A DNA stretch of 64,000 nt from Auanema rhodensis (taxonomy: Eukaryota > Animalia > Nematoda), in NCBI GenBank assembly GCA_964057225.1, contig CAXKVF010000085.1, positions 186,001-250,000 on the forward strand, written 5' to 3'. Shown here in pieces: positions 26,301-41,008 of this stretch. The first letter of the stretch is position 1. Every line of letters starts with the position of its first letter. The notes beneath the pieces were generated by a model. The model saw only the letters and a program-made list of their open reading frames with translations. It did no database searches and was not told the DNA's origin. Position numbers and translations under genes: made by a program.

Positions 26301-28899
26301 TGATATTGGTGCATGGTAACCATGACTTTGAAATTTACGTGAACTTTAATTTATGCTAATTAAATGTACACGTGATGTGCACTTGGTATGTAACTCGCTT
26401 CACGTGAAAGATAAAGAGATGCGGTTTTCAAAATTAGATTCCCCATGTCCATATTAGTCTAAAAACAAATTTTTATTGATATTGGTGCATGGTAACCATG
26501 ACTTTGAAATTTACGTGAACTTTAATTTATGCTAATTAAATGTACACGTGATGTGCACTTGATATGTAACTCGCTTCACGTGAAAGATAAAGAGATGCGG
26601 TTTTCAAAATTAGATTCCCCATGTCCATATTAGTCTAAAAACAAATTTTTATTGATATTGGTGCATGGTAACCATGACTTTGAAATTTACGTGAACTTTA
26701 ATTTATGCTAATTAAATGTACACGTGATGTGCACTTGGTATGTAACTCGCTTCACGTGAAAGATAAAGAGATGCGGTTTTCAAAATTAGATTCCCCATGT
26801 CCATATTAGTCTAAAAACAGATTTTTATTGATATTGGTGCATGGTAACCATGACTTTGAAATTTACGTGAACTTTAATTTATGCTAATTAAATGTACACG
26901 TGATGTGCACTTGGTATGTAACTCGCTTCACGTGAAAGATAAAGAGATGCGGTTTCCAAAATTAGATTCCCCATGTCCATATTAGTCTAAAAACAAATTT
27001 TTATTGATATTGGTTAATGGTAACCATGACTTTGAAATTTACGTGAACTTTAATTTATGCTAATTAAATGTACACGTGATGTGCACTTGATATGTAACTC
27101 GCTTCACGTGAAAGATAAAGAGATGCGGTTTTCAAAATTAGATTCCCCATGTCCATATTAGTCTAAAAACAAATTTTTATTGATATTGGTTTATGGTAAC
27201 CATGACTTTGAAATTTACTTGAACTTTAATTTATGCTAATTAAATGTACACGTGATGTGCACTTGGTATGTAACTCGCTTCACGTGAAAGATAAAGAGAT
27301 GCGGTTTTCAAAATTAGATTCCCCATGTACATATTAGTCTAAAAACAAATTTTTATTGATATTCGTTCATGGTAACCATGACTTTGAAATTTACGTGAAC
27401 TTTAATTTATACTAATTAAATGTACACGTGATGTGCACTTGGTATGTAACTCGCTTCACGTGGAAGATAAAGAGATGCGGTTTTCAAAATTAGATTCCCC
27501 ATGTCCATATTAGTCTAAAAACAAATTTTTATTGATATTGGTGCATGGTAACCATGACTTTGAAATTTACGTGAACTTTAATTTATGCTAATTAAATGTA
27601 CACGTGATGTGCACTTGGTATGTAACTCGCTTCACGTGAAATATAAAGAGATGCGGTTTTCAAAATTAGATTCCCCATGTCCATATTAGTCTAAAAACAA
27701 ATTTTTATTGATATTGGTGCATGGTAACCATGACTTTGAAATTTACGTGAACTTTAATTTATGCTAATTAAATGTACACGTGATGTGCACTTGGTATGTA
27801 ACTCGCTTCACGTGAAAGATAAAGAGATGCGGTTTTCAAAATTAGATTTCTCATGTCCATATTAGTCTAAAAACAAATTTTTATTGATATTGGTTCATGG
27901 TAACCATGACTTTGAAATTTACGTGAACGTTAATTTATGCTAATTAAATGTACACGTGATGTGCACTTGGTATGTAACTCGCTTCACGTGAAAGATAAAG
28001 AGATGCGGTTTTCAAAATTAGATTCCCCATGTCCATATTAGTCTAAAAACAAATTTTTATTGATATTGGTGCATGGTAACCATGACTTTGAAACTTACGT
28101 GAACTTTAATTTATGCTAATTAAATGTACACGTGATGTGCACTTGGTATGTAACTCGCTTCACGTGAAAGATAAAGAGATGCGGTTTTCAAAATTAGATT
28201 CCTCATGTCCATATTAGTCTAAAAACAAATTTTTATTGATATTGGTTCATGGTAACCATGACTTTGAAATTTACGTGAACGTTAATTTATGCTAATTAAA
28301 TGTACACGTGATGTGCACTTGATATGTAACTCGCTTCACGTGAAAGATAAAGAGATGCGGTTTTCAAAATTAGATTCCCCATGTCCATATTAGTCTAAAA
28401 ACAAATTTTTATTGATATTGGTGCATGGTAACCATGACTTTGAAATTTACGTGAACTTTAATTTATGCTAATTAAATGTACACGTGATGTGCACTTGGTA
28501 TGTAACTCGCTTCACGTGAAAGATAAAGAGATGCGGTTTTCAAAATTAGATTCCCCATGTCCATATTAGTCTAAAAACAGGTTTTTATTGATATTGGTGC
28601 ATGGTAACCATGACTTTGAAATTTACGTGAACTTTAATTTATGCTAATTAAATGTACACGTGATGTGCACTTGGCATGTAACTCGCTTCACGTGAAAGAT
28701 AAAGAGATGCGGTTTTCAAAATTAGATTCCCCATGTACATATTAGTCTAAAAACAAATTTTTATTGATATTGGTTCATGGTAACCATGACTTTGAAATTT
28801 ACGTGAACTTTAATTTATGCTAATTAAATGTACACGTGATGTGCACTTGGTATGTAACTCGCTTCACGTGAAAGATAAAGAGATGCGGTTTTCAAAATT

Positions 28900-31800
28900 A
28901 GATTCCCCATGTCCATATTAGTCTAAAAACAAATTTTTATTGATATTGGTGCATGGTAACCATGACTTTGAAATTTACGTGAACTTTAATTTATGCTAAT
29001 TAAATGTACACGTGATGTGCACTTGGTATGTAACTCGCTTCACGTGAAAGATAAAGTGATGCGGTTTTCAAAATTAGATTCCCCATGTCCATATTAGTCT
29101 AAAAACAGATTTTTATTGATATTGGTTCATGGTAACCATGACTTTGAAATTTACGTGAACTTTAATTTATGCTAATTAAATGTACACGTGATGTGCACTT
29201 GGTATGTAACTCGCTTCACGTGAAAGATAAAGAGATGCGGTTTTCAAAATTTGATTCCCCATGTCCATATTAGTCTAAAAACAAATTTTTATTGATATTG
29301 GTTCATGGTAACCATGACTTTGAAATTTACGTGAACTTTAATTTATGCTAATTAAATGTACACGTGATGTGCACTTGGTATGTAACTCGCTTCACGTGGA
29401 AGATAAAGAGATGCGGTTTTCAAAATTAGATTCCCCATGTCCATATTAGTCTAAAAACAAATTTTTATTGATATTGGTGCATGGTAACCATGACTTTGAA
29501 ATTTACGTGAACTTTAATTTATGCTAATTAAATGTACACGTCATGTGCACTTGGTATGTAACTCGCTTCACGTGAAAGATAAAGAGATGCGGTTTTCAAA
29601 ATTAGATTCCCCATGTCCATATTAGTCTAAAAACAAATTTTTATTGATATTGGTTCATGGTAACCATGACTTTGAAATTTACGTGAACTTTAATTTATGC
29701 TAATTAAATGTACACGTGATGTGCCCTTGGTATGTAACTCGCTTCACGTGAAAGATAAAGAGATGCGGTTTTCAAAATTAGATTCCCCATGTCCATATTA
29801 GTCTAAAAACAAATTTTTATTGATATTGGTGCATGGTAACCATGACTTTGAAATTTACGTGAACTTTAATTTATGCTAATTAAATGTACACGTGATGTGC
29901 ACTTGGTATGTAACTCGCTTCACGTGAAAGATAAAGAGATGCGGTTTTCAAAATTAGATTCCCCATGTCCATATTAGTCTAAAAACAAATTTTTATTGAT
30001 ATTGGTTAATGGTAACCATGACTTTGAAATTTACGTGAACTTTAATTTATGCTAATTAAATGTACACGTGATGTGCACTTGATATGTAACTCGCTTCACG
30101 TGAAAGATAAAGAGATGCGGTTTTCAAAATTAGATTCCCCATGTCCATATTAGTCTAAAAACAAATTTTTATTGATATTGGTGCATGGTAACCATGACTT
30201 TGAAATTTACGTGAACTTTAATTTATGCTAATTAAATGTACACGTGATGTGCACTTGGTATGTAACTCGCTTCACGTGAAAGATAAAGAGATGCGGTTTT
30301 CAAAATTAGATTCCCCATGTCCATATTAGTCTAAAAACAGATTTTTATTGATATTGGTGCATGGTAACCATGACTTTGAAATTTACGTGAACTTTAATTT
30401 ATGCTAATTAAATGTACACGTGATGTGCACTTGGCATGTAACTCGCTTCACGTGAAAGATAAAGAGATGCGGTTTTCAAAATTAGATTCCCCATGTACAT
30501 ATTAGTCTAAAAACAAATTTTTATTGATATTGGTTCATGGTAACCATGACTTTGAAATTTACGTGAACTTTAATTTATGCTAATTAAATGTACACGTGAT
30601 GTGCACTTGGTATGTAACTCGCTTCACGTGAAAGATAAAGAGATGCGGTTTTCAACATTAGATTCCTCATGTCCATATTAGTCTAAAAACAAATTTTTAT
30701 TGATATTGGTGCATGGTAACCATGACTTTGAAATTTACGTGAACTTTAATTTATGCTAATTAAATGTACACGTGATGTGCACTTGGTATGTAACTCGCTT
30801 CACGTGAAAGATAAAGAGATGCGGTTTTCAAAATTAGATTCCCCATGTCCATATTAGTCTAAAAACAAATTTTTATTGATATTGGTTCATGGTAACCATG
30901 ACTTTGAAATTTACGTGAACTTTAATTTATGCTAATTAAATGTACACGTGATGTGCACTTGGTATGTAACTCGCTTCACGTGAAATATAAAGAGATGCGG
31001 TTTTCAAAATTAGATTCCCCATGTCCATATTAGTCTAAAAACAAATTTTTATTGATATTGGTGCATGGTAACCATGACTTTGAAATTTACGTGAACTTTA
31101 ATTTATGCTAATTAAATGTACACGTGATGTGCACTTGGTATGTAACTCGCTTCACGTGAAAGATAAAGTGATGCGGTTTTCAAAATTAGATTCCCCATGT
31201 CCATATTAGTCTAAAAACAGATTTTTATTGATATTGGTTCATGGTAACCATGACTTTGAAATTTACGTGAACTTTAATTTATGCTAATTAAATGTACACG
31301 TGATGTGCACTTGGTATGTAACTCGCTTCACGTGAAAGATAAAGAGATGCGGTTTTCAAAATTTGATTCCCCATGTCCATATTAGTCTAAAAACAAATTT
31401 TTATTGATATTGGTTCATGGTAACCATGACTTTGAAATTTACGTGAACTTTAATTTATGCTAATTAAATGTACACGTGATGTGCACTTGGTATGTAACTC
31501 GCTTCACGTGGAAGATAAAGAGATGCGGTTTTCAAAATTAGATTCCCCATGTCCATATTAGTCTAAAAACAAATTTTTATTGATATTGGTGCATGATAAC
31601 CATGACTTTGAAATTTACGTGAACTTTAATTTATGCTAATTAAATGTACACGTGAGGTGCACTTGGTATGTAACTCGCTTCACGTGAAAGATAAAGAGAT
31701 GCGGTTTTCAAAATTAGATTCCCCATGTCCATATTAGTCTAAAAACAAATTTTTATTGATATTGGTTCATGGTAACCATGACTTTGAAATTTACGTGAAC

Positions 31801-32540
31801 TTTAATTTATGCTAATTAAATGTACACGTGATGTGCCCTTGGTATGTAACTCGCTTCACGTGAAAGATAAAGAGATGCGGTTTTCAAAATTAGATTCCCC
31901 ATGTCCATATTAGTCTAAAAACAAATTTTTATTGATATTGGTGCATGGTAACCATGACTTTGAAATTTACGTGAACTTTAATTTATGCTAATTAAATGTA
32001 CACGTGATGTGCACTTGGTATGTAACTCGCTTCACGTGAAAGATAAAGAGATGCGGTTTTCAAAATTAGATTCCCCATGTCCATATTAGTCTAAAAACAA
32101 ATTTTTATTGATATTGGTTAATGGTAACCATGACTTTGAAATTTACGTGAACTTTAATTTATGCTAATAAAATGTACACGTGATGTGCACTTGATATGTA
32201 ACTCGCTTCACGTGAAAGATAAAGAGATGCGGTTTTCAAAATTAGATTCCCCATGTCCATATTAGTCTAAAAACAAATTTTTATTGATATTGGTGCATGG
32301 TAACCATGACTTTGAAATTTACGTGAACTTTAATTTATGCTAATTAAATGTACACGTGATGTGCACTTGGTATGTAACTCGCTTCACGTGAAAGATAAAG
32401 AGATGCGGTTTTCAAAATTAGATTCCCCATGTCCATATTAGTCTAAAAACAGATTTTTATTGATATTGGTGCATGGTAACCATGACTTTGAAATTTACGT
32501 GAACTTTAATTTATGCTAATTAAATGTACACGTGATGTGC
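28900..32540. repeat. Duplication of about 9 monomers at 12-monomer (2112 bp) offset
   Basis: A17T+A68G monomers at 29041/31153, A36T monomers at 29217/31329, private A157C at 29725/31837, and C88A+G162A monomers at 29921/32033. Confidence 0.88.
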
Positions 32541-35500
32541 ACTTGGTATGTAACTCGCTTCACGTGGAAGATAAAGAGATGCGGTTTTCAAAATTAGATT
32601 CCCCATGTCCATATTAGTCTAAAAACAAATTTTTATTGATATTGGTTCATGGTAACCATGACTTTGAAATTTACGTGAACTTTAATTTATGCTAATTAAA
32701 TGTACACGTGATGTGCACTTGATATGTAACTCGCTTCACGTGAAAGATAAAGAGATGCGGTTTTCAAAATTAGATTCCCCATGTCCATATTAGTCTAAAA
32801 ACAAATTTTTATTGATATTGGTGCATGGTAACCATGACTTTGAAATTTACGTGAACTTTAATTTATGCTAATTAAATGTACACGTGATGTGCACTTGGTA
32901 TGTAACTCGCTTCACGTGAAAGATAAAGAGATGCGGTTTTCAAAATTAGATTCCTCATGTCCATATTAGTCTAAAAACAAATTTTTATTGATATTGGTGC
33001 ATGGTAACCATGACTTTGAAATTTACGTGAACTTTAATTTATGCTAATTAAATGTACACGTGATGTGCACTTGGTATGTAACTCGCTTCACGTGAAAGAT
33101 AAAGAGATGCGGTTTTCAAAATTAGATTCCCCATGTCCATATTAGTCTAAAAACAAATTTTTATTGATATTGGTGCATGGTAACCATGACTTTGAAATTT
33201 ACGTGAACTTTAATTTATGCTAATTAAATGTACACGTGATGTGCACTTGATATGTAACTCGCTTCACGTGAAAGATAAAGAGATGCGGTTTTCAAAATTA
33301 GATTCCCCATGTCCATATTAGTCTAAAAACAAATTTTTATTGATATTGGTGCATGGTAACCATGACTTTGAAATTTACGTGAACTTTAATTTATGCTAAT
33401 TAAATGTACACGTGATGTGCACTTGGTATGTAACTCGCTTCACGTGAAAGATAAAGAGATGCGGTTTTCAAAATTAGATTCCCCATGTCCATATTAGTCT
33501 AAAAACAGATTTTTATTGATATTGGTGCATGGTAACCATGACTTTGAAATTTACGTGAACTTTAATTTATGCTAATTAAATGTACACGTGATGTGCACTT
33601 GGTATGTAACTCGCTTCACGTGAAAGATAAAGAGATGCGGTTTTCAAAGTTAGATTCCCCATGTCCATATTAGTCTAAAAACGAATTTCTATTGATATTG
33701 GTGCATGGTAACCACGACTTTGAAATTTACGTGAACTTTAATTTATGTTAATTAAATGTACACGTGATGTGCACTTGGTATGTAACTCGCTTCACGTGAA
33801 AGATAAAGAGATGCGGTTTTCAAAATTAGATTCCCCATGTCCATATTAGTCTAAAAACAAATTTTTATTGATATTGGTGCATGGTAACCATGATTTTGAA
33901 ATTTACGTGAACTTTAATTTATGCTAATTAAATGTACACGTGATGTGCACTTGGTATGTAACTCGCTTCACGTGAAAGATAAAGAGATGCGGTTTTCAAA
34001 ATTAGATTCCCCATGTCCATATTAGTCTAAAAACAAATTTTTATTGATATTGGTGCATGGTAACCATGACTTTGAAATTTACGTGAACTTTAATTTATGC
34101 TAATTAAATGTACACGTGATGTGCACTTGGTATGTAACTCGCTTCACGTGAAAGATAAAGAGATGCGGTTTTCAAAGTTAGATTCCCCATGTCCATATTA
34201 GTCTAAAAACGAATTTTTATTGATATTGGTGCATGGTAACCACGACTTTGAAATTTACGTGAACTTTAATTTATGTTAATTAAATGTACACGTGATGTGC
34301 ACTTGGTATGTAACTCGCTTCACGTGAAAGATAAAGAGATGCGGTTTTCAAAATTAGATTCCCCATGTCCATATTAGTCTAAAAACAAATTTTTATTGAT
34401 ATTGGTGCATGGTAACCATGACTTTGAAATTTACGTGAACTTTAATTTATGCTAATTAAATGTACACGTGATGTGCACTTGGTATGTAACTCGCTTCACG
34501 TGGAAGATAAAGAGATGCGGTTTTCAAAATTAGATTCCCCATGTCCATATTAGTCTAAAAACAAATTTTTATTGATATTGGTGCATGGTAACCATGACTT
34601 TGAAATTTACGTGAACTTTAATTTATGCTAATTAAATGTACACGTGATGTGCACTTGGTATGTAACTCGCTTCACGTGAAAGATAAAGAGATGCGGTTTT
34701 CAAAATTAGATTCCCCATGTCCATATTAGTCTAAAAACAAATTTTTATTGATATTGGTTCATGGTAACCATGACTTTGAAATTTACGTGAACTTTAATTT
34801 ATGCTAATTAAATGTACACGTGATGTGCACTTGGTATGTAACTCGCTTCACGTGAAATATAAAGAGATGCGGTTTTCAAAATTAGATTCCTCATGTCCAT
34901 ATTAGTCTAAAAACAAATTTTTATTGATATTGGTGCATGGTAACCATGACTTTGAAATTTACGTGAACTTTAATTTATGCTAATTAAATGTACACGTGAT
35001 GTGCACTTGGTATGTAACTCGCTTCACGTGAAAGATAAAGAGATGCGGTTTTCAAAATTAGATTCCTCATGTCCATATTAGTCTAAAAACAAATTTTTAT
35101 TGATATTGGTGCATGGTAACCATGACTTTGAAATTTACGTGAACTTTAATTTATGCTAATTAAACGTACACGTGATGTGCACTTGGTATGTAACTCGCTT
35201 CACGTGAAAGATAAAGAGATGCGGTTTTCAAAATTAGATTCCTCATGTCCATATTAGTCTAAAAACAAATTTTTATTGATATTGGTGCATGGTAACCATG
35301 ACTTTGAAATTTACGTGAACTTTAATTTATGCTAATTAAATGTACACGTGATGTGCACTTGGTATGTAACTCGCTTCACGTGAAAGATAAAGAGATGCGG
35401 TTTTCAAAATTAGATTCCCCATGTCCATATTAGTCTAAAAACAAATTTTTATTGATATTGGTTCATGGTAACCATGACTTTGAAATTTACGTGAACTTTA

Positions 35501-37488
35501 ATTTATGCTAATTAAATGTACACGTGATGTGCACTTGGTATGTAACTCGCTTCACGTGAAAGATAAAGAGATGCGGTTTTCAAAATTAGATTCCTCGTGT
35601 CCATATTAGTCTAAAAACAAATTTTTATTGATATTGGTGCATGGTAACCATGACTTTGAAATTTACGTGAACTTTAATTTATGCTAATTAAATGTACACG
35701 TGATGTGCACTTGGTATGTAACTCGCTTCACGTGAAAGATAAAGAGATGCGGTTTTCAAAAATAGATTCCCCATGTCCATATTAGTCTAAAAACAAATTT
35801 TTATTGATATTGGTTCATGGTAACCATGACTTTGAAATTTACGTGAACTTTAATTTATGCTAATTAAATGTACACGCGATGTGCACTTGGTATGTAACTC
35901 GCTTCACGTGAAAGATAAAGAGATGCGGTTTTCAAAATTAGATTCCCCATGTCCATATTAGTCTAAAAACAAATTTTTATTGATATTGGTTCATGGTAAC
36001 CATGACTTTGAAATTTACGTGAACTTTAATTTATGCTAATTAAATGTACACGTGATGTGCACTCGGTATGTAACTCGCTTCACGTGAAATATAAAGAGAT
36101 GCGGTTTTCAAAATTAGATTCCCCATGTCCATATTAGTCTAAAAACAAATTTTTATTGATATTGGTGCATGGTAACCATGACTTTGAAATTTACGTGAAC
36201 TTTAATTTATGCTAATTAAATGTACACGTGATGTGCACTTGGTATGTAACTCGCTTCACGTGAAAGATAAAGAGATCCGGTTTTCAAAATTAGATTCCTC
36301 ATGTCCATATTAGTCTAAAAACAAATTTTTATTGATATTGGTGCATGGTAACCATGACTTTGAAATTTACGTGAACTTTAATTTATGCTAATTAAATGTA
36401 CACGTGATGTGCACTTGGTATGTAACTCGCTTCACGTGAAAGATAAAGAGATGCGGTTTTTAAAATTAGATTCCTCATGTCCATATTAGTCTAAAAACAA
36501 ATTTTTATTGATATTGGTGCATGGTAACCATGACTTTGAAATTTACGTGAACTTCAATTTATGCTAATTAAACGTACACGTGATGTGCACTTGGTATGTA
36601 ACTCGCTTCACGTGAAAGATAAAGAGATGCGGTTTTCAAAATTAGATTCCCCATGTCCATATTAGTCTAAAAACAAATTTTTATTGATATTGGTGCATGG
36701 TAACCATGACTTTGAAATTTACGTGAACTTTAATTTATGCTAATTAAATGTACACGTGATGTGCACTTGGTATGTAACTCGCTTCACGTGAAAGATAAAG
36801 AGATGCGGTTTTCAAAATTAGATTCCCCATGTCCATATTAGTCTAAAAACAAATTTTTATTGATATTGGTTCATGGTAACCATGACTTTGAAATTTACGT
36901 GAACTTTAATTTATGCTAATTAAATGTACACGTGATGTGCACTTGGTATGTAACTCGCTTCACGTGAAATATAAAGAGATGCGGTTTTCAAAATTAGATT
37001 CCCCATGTCCATATTAGTCTAAAAACAAATTTTTATTGATATTGGTTCATGGTAACCATGACTTTGAAATTTACGTGAACTTTAATTTATGCTAATTAAA
37101 TGTACACGTGATGTGCACTTGGTATGTAACTCGCTTCACGTGAAAGATAAAGAGATGCGGTTTTCAAAATTAGATTCCTCATGTCCATACTAGTCTAAAA
37201 ACAAATTTTTATTGATATTGGTGCATGGTAACCATGACTTTGAAATTTACGTGAACTTCAATTTATGCTAATTAAATGTACACGTGATGTGCACTTGGTA
37301 TGTAACTCGCTTCACGTGAAAGATAAAGAGATGCGGTTTTCAAAATTAGATTCCCCATGTCCATATTAGTCTAAAAACACATTTTTATTGATATTGGTGC
37401 ATGGTAACCATGACTTTGAAATTTACGTGAACTTTAATTTATGCTAATTAAATGTACACGTGATGTGCACTTGGTATGTAACTCGCTT

Positions 37489-38544
37489 CACGTGAAAGAT
37501 AAAGAGATGCAGTTTTCAAAATTAGATTCCCCATGTCCATATTAGTCTAAAAACAAATTTTTATTGATATTGGTTCATGGTAACCATGACTTTGAAATTT
37601 ACGTGAACTTTAATTTATGCTAATTAAATGTACACGTGATGTGCACTTGGTATGTAACTCGCTTCACGTGAAAGATAAAGAGATGCGGTTTTCAAAATTA
37701 GATTCCTCATGTCCATATTAGTCTAAAAACAAATTTTTATTGATATTGGTGCATGGTAACCATGACTTTGAAATTTACGTGAACTTTAATTTATGCTAAT
37801 TAAATGTACACGTGATGGGCACTTGGTATGTAACTCGCTTCACGTGAAAGATAAAGAGATGCGGTTTTCAAAATTAGATTCCCCATGTCCATATTAGTCT
37901 AAAAACAAATTTTTATTGATATTGGTTCATGGTAACCATGACTTTGAAATTTACGTGAACTTTAATTTATGCTAATTAAATGTACACGTGATGTGCACTT
38001 GGTATGTAACTCGCTTCACGTGAAAGATAAAGAGATGCGGTTTTCAAAATTAGATTCCTCATGTCCATATTAGTCTAAAAACAAATTTTTATTGATATTG
38101 GTGCATGGTAACCATGACTTTGAAATTTACGTGAACTTTAATTTATGCTAATTAAATGTACACGTGATATGCACTTGGTATGTAACTCGCTTCACGTGAA
38201 AGATAAAGAGATGCGGTTTTCAAAATTAGATTCCCCATGTCCATATTAGTCTAAAAACAAATTTTTATTGATATTGGTTCATGGTAACCATGACTTTGAA
38301 ATTTACGTGAACTTTAATTTATGCTAATTAAATGTACACGTGATGTGCACTTGGTATGTAACTCGCTTCACGTGAAAGATAAAGAGATGCGGTTTTCAAA
38401 ATTAGATTCCTCATGTCCATATTAGTCTAAAAACAAATTTTTATTGATATTGGTGCATGGTAACCATGACTTTGAAATTTACGTGAACTTTAATTTATGC
38501 TAATTAAATGTACACGTGATGTGCACTTGGTATGTAACTCGCTT
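37489..38544. repeat. Local dimeric (352 bp) higher-order repeat, 3 copies
   Basis: Strict alternation of [43C,87T] and [43T,87G] monomers starting at 37489, 37665, 37841, 38017, 38193, 38369. Confidence 0.75.
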
Positions 38545-41008
38545 CACGTGAAAGATAAAGAGATGCGGTTTTCAAAATTAGATTCCCCATGTCCATATTA
38601 GTCTAAAAACAAATTTTTATTGATATTGGTGCATGGTAACCATGACTTTGAAATTTACGTGAACTTTAATTTATGCTAATTAAATGTACACGTGATGTGC
38701 ACTTGGTATGTAACTCGCTTCACGTGAAAGATAAAGAGATGCGGTTTTCAAAATTAGATTCCCCATGTCCATATTAGTCTAAAAACAAATTTTTATTGAT
38801 ATTGGTTCATGGTAACCATGACTTTGAAATTTACGTGAACTTTAATTTATGCTAATTAAATGTACACGTGATGTGCACTTGGTATGTAACTCGCTTCACG
38901 TGAAATATAAAGAGATGCGGTTTTCAAAATTAGATTCCCCATGTCCATATTAGTCTAAAAACAAATTTTTATTGATATTGGTGCATGGTAACCATGACTT
39001 TGAAATTTACGTGAACTTTAATTTATGCTAATTAAATGTACACGTGATGTGCACTTGGTATGTAACTCGCTTCACGTGAAAGATAAAGAGATGCGGTTTT
39101 CAAAATTAGATTCCTCATGTCCATATTAGTCTAAAAACAAATTTTTATTGATATTGGTGCATGGTAACCATGACTTTGAAATTTACGTGAACTTTAATTT
39201 ATGCTAATTAAATGTACACGTGATGTGCACTTGGTATGTAACTCGCTTCACGTGAAAGATAAAGAGATGCGGTTTTCAAAATTAGATTCCCCATGTCCAT
39301 ATTAGTCTAAAAACAAATTTTTATTGATATTGGTGCATGGTAACCATGACTTTGAAATTTACGTGAACTTTAATTTATGCTAATTAAATGTACACGTGAT
39401 GTGCACTTGGTATGTAACTCGCTTCACGTGAAAGATAAAGAGATGCGGTTTTCAAAATTAGATTCCTCATGTCCATATTAGTCTAAAAACAAATTTTTAT
39501 TGATATTGGTGCATGGTAACCATGACTTTGAAATTTACGTGAACTTTAATTTATGCTAATTAAATGTACACGTGATGTGCACTTGGTATGTAACTCGCTT
39601 CACGTGAAAGATAAAGAGATGCGGTTTTCAAAATTAGATTCCTCATGTCCATATTAGTCTAAAAACAAATTTTTATTGATATTGGTGCATGGTAACCATG
39701 ACTTTGAAATTTACGTGAACTTTAATTTATGCTAATTAAACGTACACGTGATGTGCACTTGGTATGTAACTCGCTTCACGTGAAAGATAAAGAGATGCGG
39801 TTTTCAAAATTAGATTCCCCATGTCCATATTAGTCTAAAAACAAATTTTTATTGATATTGGTGCATGGTAACCATGACTTTGAAATTTACGTGAACTTTA
39901 ATTTATGCTAATTAAATGTACACGTGATGTGCACTTGGTATGTAACTCGCTTCACGTAAAAGATAAAGAGATGCGGTTTTCAAAATTAGATTCCCCATGT
40001 CCATATTAGTCTAAAAACAAATTTTTATTGATATTGGTTCATGGTAACCATGACTTTGAAATTTACGTGAACTTTAATTTATGCTAATTAAATGTACACG
40101 TGATGTGCACTTGGTATGTAACTCGCTTCACGTGAAAGATAAAGAGATGCGGTTTTCAAAATTAGATTCCTCATGTCCATATTAGTCTAAAAACAAATTT
40201 TTATTGATATTGGTGCATGGTAACCATGACTTTGAAATTTACGTGAACTTTAATTTATGCTAATTAAATGTACACGTGATGTGCACTTGGTATGTAACTC
40301 GCTTCACGTGAAAGATAAAGAGATGCGGTTTTCAAAATTAGATTCCTCATGTCCATATTAGTCTAAAAACAAATTTTTATTGATATTGGTGCATGGTAAC
40401 CATGACTTTGAAATTTACGTGAACTTTAATTTATGCTAATTAAATGTACACGTGATGTGCACTTGGTATGTAACTCGCTTCACGTGAAAGATAAAGAGAT
40501 GCGGTTTTCAAAATTAGATTCCCCATGTCCATATTAGTCTAAAAACAAATTTTTATTGATATTGGTTCATGGTAACCATGACTTTGAAATTTACGTGAAC
40601 TTTAATTTATGCTAATTAAATGTACACGTGATGTGCACTTGGTATGTAACTCGCTTCACGTGAAAGATAAAGAGATGCGGTTTTCAAAATTAGATTCCCC
40701 ATGTCCATATTAGTCTAAAAACAAATTTTTATTGATATTGGTGCATGGTAACCATGACTTTGAAATTTACGTGAACTTTAATTTATGCTAATTAAATGTA
40801 CACGTGATGTGCACTTGGTATGTAACTCGCTTCACGTGAAAGATAAAGAGATGCGGTTTTCAAAATTAGATTCCCCATGTCCATATTAGTCTAAAAACAA
40901 ATTTTTATTGATATTGGTTCATGGTAACCATGACTTTGAAATTTACGTGAACTTTAATTTATGCTAATTAAATGTACACGTGATGTGCACTTGGTATGTA
41001 ACTCGCTT

